Source: Catajapyx aquilonaris
Lineage: Eukaryota
DNA length: 20,000 bases
Assembly (NCBI GenBank): GCA_000934665.2
Contig: JYFJ02002583.1
Coordinates: 44,405-64,404, forward strand
Direction: 5' to 3'
Shown piece after piece: positions 17,798 through 20,000 of this stretch. The notes below the pieces were generated by a model, which saw only the letters and a list, made by a program, of their open reading frames with translations, had not been told where the DNA came from and made no database searches. Both the position numbers and the translations under genes were made by a program. Position 1 is the stretch's first letter. Every line of letters starts with the position of its first letter.

Positions 17798-19496
17798 CTG
17801 GAATAAAAAGCGAAACTGAGATGGTCTTGAGGAGTTCAAAGTAATGGCTCACTGATTTATGCAAACTCCTGTATGAACATGACAATAAATTACCCCAATT
17901 TAAAATTACATTAAGCCAGTCTTGCATTGCAGTTTGAAACTATTCATGTAAGATTTTACATTTATTGACTGTAACAATACTATAGTCTGACCATTCATAA
18001 ATTGTCTTGAGGTGCCTTTCAGATCAATTACCACCCTCCCTTGTTCAGAATACATTGGTAGCCATAGCCTAGCCCTGACCCTCCTGCTGCTCAAATTACT
18101 ATCATGCAGACTCAGTCATACATCCTGGAGCCTACCCCTAGCATGTAATGCCAACTGCTGAAATGTGCTCTTTGCTTAATTCTAGGGAAGGGAGTTTTCC
18201 AAATTCCCACAGAGGCCCTTCCACAAGTAACTTGCAATAAACCAGAATATCACCCTTTCTCTCATGGATTGTACACATTACCATTGTGCAAAAGCTTGTA
18301 GCCCTCTCTGTCCTAATGTCCCACATGTTGTCAGTCTGTGCCCTTGATAATAACACTGATCTGCATTTTCTGACTTTTTTTCTGTTGTTTTGAAATAAAC
18401 ATGTGTATCCAAACGGATTTTTTCTGCAGATTAGGAAAATGACATTGAAAATCTCCTACTACGTCCAGTTTTCGAGTTACAGGGTGTGTCATAAATTCAC
18501 GTTGGTATGTCCACATGTCCAGCACGTGACGTGGATGGAGTTGACCTACAGCAACGTCCTTACACCACAATGTTGTGACACGGATCCTTGTTACGACCAC
18601 CACCTTTCATTCCGATTGCATCATTCCACTGGGAGTTATGCACCTCTGAAGGTGTAAAAGTGTGGGTCAGAGGTGAATATCGGTGACCTTGCGGGTATCA
18701 AATAAAATCATAATTACGTAATTAATAAAGATACCATTAATTGTGATATTGTACGATGAGTAGGTGGCGATGCTCTATCATATTCCATCATCAAACAAAG
18801 TGCCTGACAATTCAAGATGTATCGGGAGTGTTTGGAAGAGACCCCCACCCATGCGCAAAGGGCAATTAATCGGGAAGGAACAAAGTATGCAACACTATAC
18901 GTTATGTGGATGGGTAGGGGTCTCTTCCAAACGCTCCTGATCCATCTTGAATTGTCATGCACTTTATTTGATGATGGCGTATGATAGAGCATCACCACCT
19001 ACTCATCGTGCAATATCACAATTAATGTTATCTCGATTAATTACACAATTATGATTTTATTTGATGCCCGCAAGTTCACCGATATGCACCTCCTACCCAC
19101 ACTTTTACACCTTCTGAGGTGCATAACTCCCAGTGGAATGATGCAATCGGAATGAAAGGTGGTGGTCGTAACAAGGATGCATGTCACAACAATGTGGTGT
19201 AAGGACGTGGCTGTAGGTCAACTCCATCCACGTCACGCGCTGGACATGTGGGCATACCCACGTGAATTCATGACACACCCTGTAACTCGAAAAGTGGACG
19301 TAGTAGGAGATTTTCAATGTCATTTTCATAATCTGCAGAGAAAATCCGTTCAGATAGACATTTCCATTTCAAAACAACAAAACCTTGAATATTAGTGTAA
19401 TCCGTCTGTACCAAGTATCCCTGGTAGTAAAGTTATGGCCGTACTTTCAACGTCCTGGTAAGCAGCGATGGGGCAGAGCGAGGGGGAGTGTGACAT
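17798..19496 (-). pseudogene. Decayed OB-fold-like coding tract, frameshifted and interrupted by a palindromic transposon
   Basis: Abutting minus ORFs in shifting frames (18138..18356, 17906..18094, 17478..17927). The segment DV*LSLHDSNLSSRRVRARLW...GQTIVLLQSINVKSYMNSFKLQ has the OB-fold strand pattern but an in-frame TGA. The frame stays open across the 18354-19397 insertion when it is removed in silico. Confidence 0.4.
18354..19397. mobile_element. ~1-kb palindromic CACTA-like element with TAA TSD
   Basis: Ends CACTG...TAGTG, TAA on both sides (18351-18353, 19398-19400), ~470-bp arms with spacer near 18860-18905. Mirror ORFs 18403..18657(+)/19105..19329(-) and 18331..18603(-)/19159..19395(+). 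Confidence 0.85.
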
Positions 19497-20000
19497 CTAA
19501 GCAGTCAGTAGCCTATGTAGTTCAATAAACATCTCCGAATATCTCATTTTTAAAATGGAATATAGAACCATGTTCGGGTTATTTGTGTTTTCCGGTTATC
19601 CGGGCACATTTGTGCATTAACGCAGATATGCCGAGTGTGCCCTATAGGGGACACCTGCACAGTTATTACATTTTAATTTTTTGCACAGGTTCTTCTGCTG
19701 CTAAAGAGCTGGCAGTAGTGATGGGGGCTTCAGTAGAGTCCCAGCTAACTATACAAGTTCAAACCTGCTCAATATTGCTTTAGATTTTTAAGATACAGGT
19801 GATTGAATTTTAACGCAGGAAATAATGGCTGCACCTCCACGTTCCGAAGACGATTAGTAATTAATTCTCGAATGTTGATTAGCATTATGAGTTATTTTTT
19901 GTTTGTAATACTTAGAAAACTTATGAATGATGATGTCCATGTGGAAATATAGGCATTTTTTACTTTCCTTGTCTGAGGGTGGCGTTGAAATCGGGTGTCC

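Noticed and set aside
18110..18122. In-frame TGA in the OB-like tract as selenocysteine or readthrough
   Set aside because: Neighbouring frameshifts and a transposon insertion make decay (e.g. CGA->TGA) the simpler explanation; no SECIS recognised.
18331..19395. Pairs of near-identical ORFs on opposite strands suggesting duplicated genes
   Set aside because: Mirror translations of the palindromic element's arms.
16147..19496. Naming the upstream OB-like tract as CTC1, RPA1, MEIOB, SHLD2 or RADX
   Set aside because: Only a generic OB-fold pattern is visible; family assignment needs a profile search.
19689..19798. Possible plus-strand exon (ttttgcacag|...acag|gtgatt)
   Set aside because: Splice-like signals exist but the frames I checked hit stops, and no partner exons are visible.

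Overview
Eukaryotic genomic DNA, probably from an invertebrate. A TTAGG tract hints at an arthropod, but this is not established. Most of the window is one minus-strand, multi-exon gene encoding a POT1-like (Protection of telomeres 1) ssDNA-binding protein. I could chain eight phase-compatible GT-AG exons: 15885-14566, 13987-13832, 10702-10579, 9553-9285, 5516-4076, 2667-2557, 2499-2263 and 1075-897 (3837 nt, about 1278 aa, ending in TAG). Two further phase-compatible upstream exons are possible (17797-17504, 16283-16147). OB1, OB2 and a Zn-ribbon OB3 are recognisable by similarity to my recollection of human POT1, but the protein is about twice the normal size. It has a ~410-aa disordered N-terminal arm made of three ~105-aa repeats (SDT-type motifs, one SIM-like motif), a ~360-aa disordered OB2-OB3 linker, an apparently duplicated OB1 terminal helix, and no room for the HJRL insertion. 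Further upstream lies a decayed (frameshifted, stop-containing, transposon-interrupted) OB-fold-like coding tract. The introns are packed with non-autonomous DNA transposons/MITEs (several kb-scale palindromes, some nested), two tRNA-derived SINEs, and a mariner transposase fragment bounded by assembly gaps. All homology calls are by eye; no searches were run.
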